From positions 35,709,648 through 35,773,647 of the forward strand of contig NC_092673.1 in assembly GCF_964355755.1 (NCBI RefSeq): a stretch of 64,000 bases of DNA. Reading direction: 5' to 3'. This DNA is from Antedon mediterranea. Taxonomy: Eukaryota; Animalia; Echinodermata. A model generated the notes under the pieces. The model was not told the DNA's origin. It saw nothing but the letters and a program-made list of their open reading frames with translations, and made no database searches. The translations under genes and the position numbers were made by a program. The number at the start of each line of letters is the position of its first letter. The stretch's first letter is position 1. Positions 34,679-47,300 of the stretch are shown here, one piece after another.

Positions 34679-37445
34679 TATTGGTTGTGTTTGTTGTTGG
34701 CTACTACAAATAGCCCCTGTTTGCATTTTGAACCAGTTTAATATTGTTGTTTAGTTTTCTAATTGATGTTTTTAGGGTGAGAATCCTAAAACGTTGGACT
34801 ATTGATTATAAGCAAAATAAATGCTTTATTATTAATACAACACGATAGTTGTCATATTTAAGTTGCCCGTTAGGGCAAACATCCTTATGAATGAATGTAG
34901 ACTTTTGGAAATAAAGTTGTTTTATTGAAACTAACATTTCCGTCAATTATTTGGTTTACAGTTCAAACATGTTTCCAGAGTTGGCTTTAAACATCTCAGT
35001 TTACAGCGAACGTATATGAAATAAAATAGGAAGATTAAACGAGACTTACCTGTAAGTTGAAGTTTGATCACTATTTTATGAATATGTGAGTGAGGTGTAA
35101 ACTGCCCGCCTCAACCCACCCCAAGTAAAACAATTATTATTATAGAACAATGCAGGTTATCATATATATACTTATCGCTGCAAATTATTACTCTGGACAT
35201 GTTTGATTTAAAGTATGAGGGTGCGCGTGCGCGTCGGGATCTCAGTTTACACCTCACTCACATATTCATAAAATAGTGATCAAACTTCAACTTACAGGTA
35301 AGTCTCGTTTAATCTTCCTATTTTTAGTGATTGCACCAGTTAATTTCTGTACATTGGTTTTCACCGGATTGGAATGTTTATTTAACCCGTGTATACATAC
35401 GTTGCCTACCAAAATAATAGAGATAGACACTCACTCTAAGTTGCTCCAAGTATTTTTAGTTTCCTGTTTTTCTTTGTAGATTTCCAAATAATTGTTTGTT
35501 GTTATAATAATAATAAAATAAGATTTTATATTCCAAAAATTCCAACGTAGAGATCAAAGGCGGTCACGTGAAATGTAAGAAAACAATACACTGTAAAGTT
35601 ATAGTGTAAGTGTAGAGTTTAAAGTTTCAAAGAAGTTTAAAGTGCACAGACGCATTTTATGTACACTAAACCTACGGCTTATAGTCCTTTTCCGAGAATA
35701 CTCATTCTACCAAAATAACCATGGAGAGCATCGAACCCTCGTCGATGATTAGCTACGGTTCCACGTTCTTAACCGCTCGGCCACCTAACTCAAAATGTAT
35801 CCTATATTTTATATAATATTCTGAAGATACACTATAATTTATATATATACAGTATATATATTATTATTACAAATTTAAATTTAAATCGTTATAATTTTCA
35901 TAAATGTAAATCATAAGAAGAATCAAATTTGAAATTGTCAGAAGTGATATGTCCAAATATGGTAGTGATATGACATCATCATGCCCGGACCATATATGGG
36001 CACATCACATTTGTTTTTCATACAAAAGTAATAAGTTTGATTGTGTAGACAGAGCTTTATAATTGGAATTAAACAGCAGAATATTTGCTATTGACAAACA
36101 TTAACTTGTTGTTTGAACACAGAATGGGTTTGCTACGTTTAAATCGACAGAAAACAAGGCCCTGTCGAACTTAAGTTCACTGATGTTGTTGACAAGTTGG
36201 AATATAGCCATGGAAATAAAGTTGAGTTGCTACCAGACTGTAGACTCATGTTAACTCCAGTTACTAACAAAGCACAACGGATCAGCCCAACAATAATCTT
36301 GTAATAATATAAATAAAATGTTTCTTTGTTGTTGTTGACAAGTTGTACCATAGCAGTCATGATAATAAAGTTAACTGCTCAAGTTAACGCCAGGAAGTCC
36401 AACAATACCCATCCCATAACAGTAGCCTTGTAATAATAAAATAAAATAGAATATTTCTTTGTTGTTAAGTTTGAACATAGAAGTCAGGTAAATCCAACTA
36501 AACCCATCCCCTAACAATAGCCTTGTATTTAATAGATCTCGTGAATATTATGGAAGAGACAAAAAATAGTTAGATTTTAATATTACGAAAACCATAACAA
36601 TTATTTTTACTTTCTTTTGTTAAAGATTGTAAAACGCATAGTCACGGTTCATAGTTGCCAATAGAACAGTGCAACATCAGAATTAAAGGCAAAGTAGTCG
36701 GGTATTTACCCTTTTAAAATTAACCAACCTCTACAAACATTTAAAAAAGAGAACGACCGTTGAACGGTATATCGTTTACATATCCATACTCTATTTTAAT
36801 TATACAAACGTTGATAGTTAATTAAGATATTTTCTAGAAATTGAAACGTGAAATGTTTCAGTGAATACGATATTTAATATTGTTTGATGCAGCAGCAGCA
36901 ACCATGACACCTTGTGGCATACTTGTCATGTAGTAAATTAACGTACTATATCATAAAATCAATATTGAGATTTTAGTACACTATAGAATGCATTTAGAAG
37001 ATAGTTTACGAGTAAGGACTAGGAACACAGCAGTAGTCATAATGAAGCAGTTCTAGTTTCAACTATGATCTCTGCTGGAGAATATCTCGCTTCCTTTCCT
37101 CATGCACATAGGCATATTTTGTGAGGGGTACTAATAAAGCTTAAGCTCTGTCTACACTATCAAACTAGTTTGACAACATATATGGTAATGATATGCCCAA
37201 ATATGGTAGTGTTTTATGATGACAAATTAGTAATAATTATCTTCATCTTGTTAATATTTATTCATTCGTTTCATTTAATACAGCAACACAAACTACATCA
37301 TGATGTGAGTGGACAGCAATTTGAATCTAAAGCTTGACCCATTGGACGCGACGCAAATAATTGACCAATCACGACACGATGGATCACAACTGTCAACTCA
37401 CTTGCGCGTATTTCATTGCGTTACGTCCAATGGAGTCAAGCTTAA

Positions 37446-37595
37446 AGCGTGGTTCCCACTACCGACGCAACACAAGGACGTAACGCAACGCAAGTGAATT
37501 GACCAATCACAAGCGATGGCTTATTCGCTTGTCATTGGTTAAAACGCTTGCGTTGCGTTTACGTCCTTGCGTTACGTTCTAGTGGGAACCAAGCT
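37446..37595. mobile_element. MITE family A, complete copy with TAA target duplication
   Basis: taa|AGCGTGGTTCCCACTA ... TAGTGGGAACCAAGCT|taa. Confidence 0.85.
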
Positions 37596-40500
37596 TAAGA
37601 GGAAACATCAGTGCAATCATCCACCATCATTAATTCATTGTCACCCTCCTACATTGGTTCAAGACCATCATTAATTCATTGTCACCCTCCTACATTGGTT
37701 CAAGACCCATCATTGCAAATCGGTAGGCCTACCCTTCTCATATTCTGACGAGTGAGCGGTAACGAAAGTTATAAACAATGCTTAATGTTATTTCACCTAA
37801 TTTATTATGAAGGAAATTATAATGTTGGCATTTATGGCATTTATAAAACAAGCCGACAATAAGTCCCAGGAGCCCATGCGACCTGCAAAAGTTACTTCAC
37901 AATGTTCAGTGAATATACTAGGTACATTATAGGCCTACGTAGGCCTTGTCTACACTATCAAACTACATGTGACAAAAAAGTGTGGTAGTGATATGTTTAA
38001 ATATGGTAGTGATATGACATCATCATGTCCATGGGCACATCACATTTTTTTGTCACACAAAGTTTGATAGTGTAGGCTTTATGAATAATATAACTGCCTA
38101 TGTTGATCGAAGGAATCTGTTGTATCACCGTAGTCTATTGTATCATTATTTATCTGTTGTAAATCACACACCAAAAAATGAAAATGAAGAAATAACCAAC
38201 CAATTAGAAAGATTCTTGTCAACGCCTATCAAAATATTCTATCACGATTGTTTCCAATTGATATTTCGACGTTCAATAACGATTAATAATAATAATGCGA
38301 ATCATTTTAATCTAAAATAATACGGTGATGATATTATGTGTTTTCGTTTGTCACTTTTGATCGATTGATTGATTTACAATTACAAATTCAGAGCATATAG
38401 CTTACAATATGTACAAAAAACATGGAAATACAGTACATTATACAAAATATGACTGCATTCAATATTCGAGCAGAGAATCACAAGTGAAACGCTACGAAAA
38501 CCTGTATTCATAGACCATGAACCTAACCATGCGTAATACATGGGCGGCTGTATTACGAGTTTGCCTATGATACAGGCAAAATATTGCCATAATGTGTGGA
38601 GATATATAGAATTGATAATCGGGTCATTAGACAAAATTTTAAATATTCTTGTAGAGGGCTGAGCTACATGCTGAATTGTGCCTATGACCAAAAAAAGCAT
38701 TTTGAAATAAAAATATTTCAAATTTCAGATTAAAGCAAATTAAATGATAGACGGAGGCGGAGAGATGATTTACAATTGGTTTTCTTAATCTTCGACATTT
38801 ACGTTTGGTATGTGATTTTGTTGTGATGATGGTGTAGGTTACAATATTAATTGGGTGTTCCTGTCGTATCAATTTTTTAATTACATTCTTGTATGTCTTT
38901 GACATGAGCCGACTACATCTTATTTGAAATACGAATACATAGTTTTATATCATTCCCCCTGGTCCCGAACTCAATGCAATTTATCAGAAATTGTCACGCA
39001 TACGTACAACGTGACCGTTTTTTGTGCAACAAACCGTATCACACAAACCGCGTATCACGCAAACCGCGTATCACGCAAACCGCATAGTCGATTACTTTTT
39101 ACGAGAAACGCGTATTAGCGTCAATTAGTAGACCTACAAAATCACCAGTCATCGGGATTGCAAAGTGTTGTTTTCTTAAAGAAAGACAAATAATACCCTT
39201 AAATTAACAGTGTCTATTTACTTATTTGAATTTCACACTAAATTACCTTGATCAAAGACCACAAGGATACGTACCACGAAAGAAGTGGCTAAACCTAAGT
39301 GACGTTACGGGTACAGGCCTATATGGTCACAGTAGTGTCATTTACACAATTCAAAATGAAAACACATAGGCCTAACCTTAAGGAATAGTTCGTTATCATC
39401 TTTATAAATCATATTACATTAATATCAGCAAGCAGGTTACGTAGGCCTAAGCAAAATCTACAACATTTGCACATTGAGAACCAAAGACCTACTAACCATG
39501 GCCCTGGGATAGACAGACAGACAGATAGATACAGTAAGTCAATTTCTATCCTAACCAACCGAAAGATGTTTCTAAAATAATATTAATAAAGATAATTACC
39601 TGTTCATTAAGTACGTCCTTCAATCGACAGGACATAGTCCAAGTCTACGTACCTATCGACGTATTTTGTAGGTAGGCTGTTTATGACCGTGGTTCAAATG
39701 AATCAGATCGCAGCGGATACTGATCGATTGTTGATCTTTGTAAAAAGCAGCAATCCTCAAAAGAGCAAAGCGAATCAATGGGAAAGAAAAGAACAAACTA
39801 TATCACGTGAAAACAAACAAAACAAAACAGTAACGCCCTCACGGACCGGCGCCGCATTTGTGAATCTTTTGCGAACTGCTGCTGGTCTGCTCTGCATGCG
39901 GCTCAAGATCGGTAATGACGTAATCGAAAGAAGAGGAGAAATAAATGGAGTACATCATTAGTACGGTGCAATCATTTGATATATAAAAGGGAATACCTTT
40001 ACAAAATACAACAAAATTGATAAGATAGACCAATTAACCATGATAAATTCATCTGGTTTGAAGTATAATTAACCAAACGTCACTAAAAGTATTTATACCA
40101 ATTGTTTATGTTTTTGTTTTTTTTGTTCAACAAAAAAAGTAATAATTTTCCAGTTTGATTGCATTCTATGTCTATAACAATATACGATAGTAAAATTACG
40201 GAAAAAATGAATAATAACATTAATTGGTATAAAACATAGACAAATTCAATCTAGCAGTATCGGAATGCCACTGTCAAAAACGAGTATATTTACATATAAA
40301 TACAGCACTACTATCATATTATTATGTACACGTGAATTCCTGGCCCCGAACATCTTAATATCAGTTACGGCAAACCTTCGGTGAAGTACTTGCTCACACC
40401 GTGTTAGATAATTCCACACTTTATAAAATAGTAATTACGGAAGTTAATGATCATATTAATGACCTATCCAAATCAGTCAGACAGCTGTTCATACAATGTT

Positions 40501-41871
40501 TATCTGCCAATGTCATTAGCGAATGAAATGATCATGAATGATAATGATTTTCTGCTTAAATGTTCTTTGCTTCGAATTTTTATACCATTTTAACTAGAGA
40601 TAATGGTTGTAATATTCTTTTACATAATATTGTTATTAATATTGATTGATCAATCAATCAATCGAACAAATGTGTACAGCCCAACACAGACAACGACGTC
40701 TGCCAACGACTCTTCTTCGGGAGAAAATTAAACATGTTTAAAGTTCCGAACCTAAAAACTACGCCCGACGCTGTCGCAAGATGGCTAGTCTCGTCGGGAT
40801 TCAACTCAGACAGGACCGACGAGTTAAGACGTTCCGTCGGACCTCGTCGTACGACGCTGTCTGGGTTGGCCTTTATGATAATGACGATGAAGAAGAATGT
40901 GACGACAATGATGATAATGACGACCCATGATTTGAAGGAAGTACCGGTAATGGATAATTCGTAATGATTATGACGTATAAAGACATGATTTGAGGAATAT
41001 AACGCGATGATTCTGAAACATAAAAGGCAACAAAGACAATTACTATTGTCATTATTAATACATTAATTACTGGTATTATTTAATTGTTGTTGGCCAGTCT
41101 ACAGATTATTTTAGTATTTATCACTTGTTTTCGACCGTTTCCAATTTCCAGTGAATTAGTATTTTAAGGACAATGACATCATATAACACAATACATTAAC
41201 AAATGACAATGATTACTAGTAGGCCTAATGTACAAGTTGTTTTTGTGATAATATAAAAGTCATTTATTTAGAAATTGTCAAAAACAACTTAGTTGAAAGA
41301 GAAATGAAATGATCAGGTCTACATAGTTTGAAACAGATTCTAATATATTCAGACAGACAACACAGCAACTTCGTTCCGTCATCGCTATTACCGGTAAACT
41401 AAGTATTAACTTGAGCATCGTCTTAGCAGATCATTTGAAAAGTGTAGTAAAATCTATTTATATCGTTAGCAAAGCTATTACTATGGAACGCCAATAAACT
41501 TTTAATGAGCATGGTGCTGTTAGGAAAGTGAAATAAAGTCAATTTACTCGTTGACGCCCCATACCTCTATACAACCATTATCAATGTTTATATTAAATCG
41601 ATGTGAAAACCAATAAATTTAACACAACAAATTATTTTATGTCGTAAATATTTGACCGTGGGCAGTAATGGCGTGTATCAAAGGTCACGAGGTATATTGA
41701 CCATTTCATGATAATAATTGTAATAAATTACTTGATTTCATAAAAAAATATTTAAAAAAAAAGTAAAATAAGATAAAAGTGTAAGGCAATGTGGTTTAGG
41801 TCTACGTAAAAATAAATATTTACCATGCACGGCTGTTGAGAGCGGTTAAGAACAGACGAGCCAAAGAAGCT

Positions 41872-43193
41872 TCTATATATAAATTTACGTAAGGGCAAAA
41901 TTCGGTAAATCGCGCCTTACTTCTATAATTTTTACTCGATGGTATATAAAGTTGGTTCGTACTTTCGGTACTGATTTTAACCACCTGATGTAACCCTGTT
42001 TACTAATTAAATTAAGTTAGATAATAAGTTATTGACGGTTAAAACGAATTTAGGTTCCAAGATTTGCCCCAAATAGGGGTGTTTTCCGACCGTGGTATAC
42101 ACTGTATAATGGATGTCCGTCTTGAAAAATACCCGCCACAAAAATGCGAGGAGGCTTCGCATTTTCCTATCTCCTCCTACGATAATTGTTTTTAATAGCT
42201 GAAAACCGGTTGAACAGCTAGAGTACACCATCATAATGTTGAAGACAGGCCGATTTTCTTTAAAAAATACTATTTTGATAGATTTAATATACGATTATAC
42301 AAATCTATTGATTTGCGATGAATGGAACATCCCAATCTCTCAGTCTGCCAGAGTTTGGTTTAACACAAGTACTGTAGGTAAATTTATGAGCCCTTGGTTT
42401 AACACATACGGTAGGTAAATATATGGGCCCTTTGAGAATAAACTTGCGAGATTGTGGATAGGCTCTACTGTTAGATATATAAACACATTATTATATACAA
42501 ATAAACTTTATACTGACAGTTCTTTCTCAACGTTTGTATTAATTAATAATTACCAAATATAAACGTCGTAGTGGTGTATCGTGACATGGTACTTTAATAT
42601 TTCAATCGATTATGACAGTGACAGTTTTAACTAAACTAAATAAAGAATGTTCTCTAATATAATTAGGAATCTCTTGCCATACACGGGGAAAATAAGTGTA
42701 CAATGAATATTTAAAAGAAATAAATAAATAAATAAAATAAAAAAAGTATTAAATCGCAAATGTTTTACTGTATTTAGAGGTATATTATTTATAGGCCTAT
42801 AAAACATGAAAAAAATATTTCGTTACTGAGTGGATAAAGAATATATTTAAAAATTGTTCCTCTTTGTACCTATCCGCTTTCCCATCCCTCAACCCTAATG
42901 TTACATACAAAACACAAATTGGGTTTCTTTAAATGAGTCCAAATCAAAAACTTGGACTCATTTTGTGATAAGTTTCTCCTTCGGAAGTAATTCCCAGGGT
43001 GCTAATTTTAGTTGACTACATAAATCATCGTGTCTATTTATTTGTTTCTGTAAACGACAATGTATAGGCCTATAGTCCTGCGGTACGTACATTTGAAATC
43101 GCCAGTTTTGTTACGCTGAAATTACTGTGTATTCGAGAACCATCTGTGGGCACGACCTAGATGGTACGCGAGCGAAGCGAGCGTACCATTTAG
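41872..43193 (+). mobile_element. Probable non-autonomous Helitron
   Basis: 5' TCTATATATAAA; 3' GC-rich hairpin atggtacgcgagcgaagcgagcgtaccat followed by TTAG-T (a CTAG variant); no TSD seen. The 5' boundary is tentative. Confidence 0.5.
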
Positions 43194-43295
43194 TTAAATA
43201 TAATTATTAATATAAAATAAAACGATCTCTGATGTGGAGGTGGGGTAGGTGGTGAAAACTAAAAATTTCAGACGAGGAGAGCTTACCGGACATCT

Positions 43296-43566
43296 CTTTT
43301 TATTTGGTTATTTATTTTCATTTCATAGGCATCCAACAGCGGGCACAAACTCGCCAATTATAGGATGGCTAAACTATTTTATAATTTATCGTGCTTATAA
43401 ACGAAGTCTCATTTGGGTTGTGTTTATGAACATTTAAAGTTATCTGGATATGCCAGAGGTCTCTCCTGACAAGGCTAAATAGTGGAGTTGAAAGAGTCGT
43501 GACCCTGGCACTTGAACCACGGACCTTGGGATTGGAAGGCAAGCATGTTAACCACCAAGCTACATC
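43296..43566 (-). mobile_element. SINE family 1 copy
   Basis: Reverse complement of the head and body of 12573-12810. Confidence 0.8.
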
Positions 43567-44359
43567 TGTGTTGACATTAGCATGGACATAACGGCTGGTA
43601 GTACATACACTGATGTCTAAAAATCAATAAAATTTACTTTTTTTGGCAAATATTCTACAAGACATTAACAAGTCATTGGTTTTTACTTGGATTTTGATTG
43701 ATGGTGACATTTATCCTTAGAATGGGTACTTTAAAATGACCATGTTTAGTGGGTTTAGCAAAGGGATTTGATAGATGGATTAGAGGATTAATTTATTACG
43801 ATAAATCCAACGATAATTGTAATATGAATTTACTGTGAAAAATGCAGTTCATTGAACGGATTTTCAAACTAGTACTTTTTAAGTACTTTCATTTCCTAAA
43901 GTAAAGGTTGATGACCGCAATGTTAAGGTTGATGACCGCAATGTTGAAATTTAGTTTTTACGTTTATTTTCTAAAAGCTCTATTACACATTTTATTGTGC
44001 AATAAATAGCAACAATTGGTTTATAACATTATTTTAAATTATGATTTATTTCTCCATTATATAAATTATTATACACGTTATTTGATTTGTTAAACTCTTT
44101 TATTGCTGTGTGAGAATGGCAGCTGTCATGGTTATGTGCATATTATTTCTCTTTTATATTGTTAACAGTGTTTAAAATGTTCTTTTATAAGTAAACCAAA
44201 ATGAAAACAATTTATTTAAAAAATGAATACAAAATAAATATTTTAGAGTATTGAATTATATATTATATTATACCATCATCTTCATTGTATAGTATTCAAA
44301 ATATCAGTACACCAATCTTTTTTCCATAATTCGATTTTTGCAACAAAAAAATGTTTACA

Positions 44360-47300
44360 TTAAACAACTTTATTTGTGATTGTACCAATTTCATCAATTT
44401 CACATTCAACAACATCTCCTCTCTGAAAAATATGAACAAAAATCAAAATAAATTCTAAACAGTTTATAATTGAAATTGATTCAGAATTTGTTATTTATAA
44501 CCCAAGTCGATAATTTATTTCTCGCTTTCCTGAACCAATCAGATTCTCATTTTTAAAATCAACACAAAACATTAGTACATAACAGTATATGACTAATAAT
44601 ACATGCACAGAGATAATTATGAATCAAGTAATTAAAGAGTACTTACCTTGAGAAATATCGGGTTTGGTTTCCTGAAAACGCCAACTCCAGGTGGTGTGCC
44701 TGTTAAAATCAAATCACCTGCCTGTAATGTCATAAACCTGCCACATAACAAAAATACATATAAGAATACTCAAAAAAACATTTTTTTTTTCAAAATACAT
44801 AAAATAGAGTATAAGGGACAAATTCATAACATATGTCCTCTTAATAACCCCTGCGTAGGGTTTGGGACGATAAAGCATATATTTACTCTATTTGTTTCTG
44901 TCTATCTGAATTTACATGGCCATCTGATTATTATCTTTAAAGCCACGTTCCTTACGTTTTTTTCGATCTAATTTAAGGTCACAAACTGCATTTTAAGTAA
45001 AATTAAATACTATGGGCCTATTGCGATTATTTTATGTCGTCAATAAACGGTAAAAATGTGAAATATAAGTCGATTTTAATAATTTAAGCGCTGTAAATAC
45101 TAGCATGCATTGTGCTTGGATTGATATTTTTGTTTTTCTTCTGTGATTCACCCACTTTTGATTGTGAAGGCCAAAAATGGAAGAATCATAACTTTTCAGC
45201 AAAAATACCTGGTTTTGGCAAAAACAGAAAGATGACATCAAAGCAAACATACTTAATTACTGAGTTACAATACATCGTCCATAATTCATCCTTCAACCTT
45301 CACTTTGACAAAACACATGTAGGACGTAATTAAGATGGGTTATGTCATAACTTATATTTAAATTTCATCCTTGGATAAACATGTAAATGTAAACATCCTA
45401 ATGTCATTACATCAACACTCTTGGGCAACATTATCCTTCTTTCAAAAACCACTGTATAAATAAATTAACATTCTTATGGTACAGTGCTGAGTAACATGAC
45501 AGTCTCTCTCTTAATGCTAATTAAGCCTACTCAACAGGAAAATTCTGTAATTGCAATATTTAGTTCAATGAAATATTTCATGTGAGTTACTTTGAAGATT
45601 AATGCAAACATTAACTCGGAAAGGATTGTATTGGCTTACAATACTTTAATGGCAATACCATTTCAACTTTTTAGTGAAGATATAGTAAGAAAGCAATCCC
45701 AGCATACATTTAGCCATATTATGAGTTTGCCTTTCTGACTAAAGATTTAAAAACAAATTGTTTACTAAAGTGGAAAATCTACAGATGATCATAATCTGAA
45801 TAAATTTGTAAGAACCACATGTAACTTTTGTCCTCACAGCAGCAGTTGCACTGCTGATGATAAAGGTTTTAATAATGATGAAGACTTTACTATATTGATG
45901 ATGATGATGACAAACACAATGATAATATATACTGAGGTCATGGTATAGGAATCAGGAATTTGTTGTCAGGTGGGGAAGTTCCGTTTCTGATTCTTTCACT
46001 GTTCGTAATGAGGTTCGCCAGGGAGGCGTTATGTCCCCTCTACTTTACAATGTGTACACTGATCCGTTAACTGTTGAACTGACTAAGACAAAAGAAGGTT
46101 GTGAAATTAACAGTCTTAAACTGAATTGCCTAAGCTTTGCTAATGACTTGGTCCTTTTGGCTCCGTCAGTGACTGGCTTACAAAGCCTAATTGGTCTCTG
46201 TGAAGGTTTTGCTAGTGACCATGATATTACTTTTAATGAAACCAAATCCAAATGCTTGCTATTTTGCCCGAAAGTCCGCAACCTCAAAGGTGTTCCACAT
46301 ATTACCTTAAATGGGGCACCTCTAATCGTTGATAATTCAATAACCTATCTTGGTCATGTGATCAGTAATAACCTGAGTGATGAAAGTGACATCAAACGTC
46401 AATATCGATCTATTTGCATTAGGGCCAACTCTCTAAATAGAAAGTTTGGAAAATGTTCTACTAAGACTAAACGTTATCTATTTAAGAGTTACTGTGTAAG
46501 TCAGCATGTACTGTTCAACCTTATGGTGTAGATATAATAAGAGCACTCTGAGATCACTGAAAGTATGTTATAACAATGCCTTACGTTTGCTGCTGAAGCA
46601 GCCTAGACATTGTAGTGCAAGCATGATGTTTGTCATAAATGACGTCCCATCCTTTGATGAGTTCATTAGAAAATCTGTTTTTAGTTTTAAAAATCGTGTG
46701 AACGCAAGTAGTAATTCCTTGATCATGGCCATTAATCGCTACGTTCTTAATGTGTCAAGAATGCACATACAATGGAATGCTTTGTTGCATTGACTTAATA
46801 TATTTACATATCTTTGTTTTTGTTCTACAGTATGAGCTGTTAGATTAAGATTTTTTTTTCTCTCTTTTGCTATGGATATAATATTATGTCACCATGATAT
46901 TCCGAAATAAAAAGATAAATGAAATGAATGAATGAAATGATAATATGATCATTAATTTTTTTCTCAAAGTACAGAAATCTATATTAGTGGTACTGTGTGA
47001 AAAATAGACCTGCACTTATTATTTGATGGGACCTATACTTCCTCAAATCACAATCTTCATTTACTGTGCAGTATGTGTGGTGTGGTGTGGTGGTAGTACT
47101 TAGTACATTATTATGGGAACAGGGAGCCCGTTCAGACTTTACAATTTACACATGTAATGGTCATGTGCCACAATAAGGAGCAATTTGACCTTTCTAGAGT
47201 AAAAAGATGCATGACACTTGTTGGGTAAACTATTTTAGTTTACTTGTGTAAATTTGTTGTAGTCCGAACAGTTCGTCTGGTTAGTCCCAAGACTAATTAA

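Larger units (their letters stand above)
26226..35324 (+). mobile_element. DIRS1-type tyrosine recombinase retrotransposon, full length, left ITR interrupted by a 4.1-kb insertion
   Basis: Left ITR is 26226-26253 joined to 30398-30428; right ITR and extension 35214-35324. Internal complementary region 34993-35104 is the reverse complement of both outer ends. Contains gag, RT-RNase H, methyltransferase and YR frames. Confidence 0.93.

Noticed and set aside
38360-38905. Possible decayed retroelement 3' end with (AATC)n tail and two short ORFs
   Set aside because: No diagnostic motif or TSD could be confirmed by eye.
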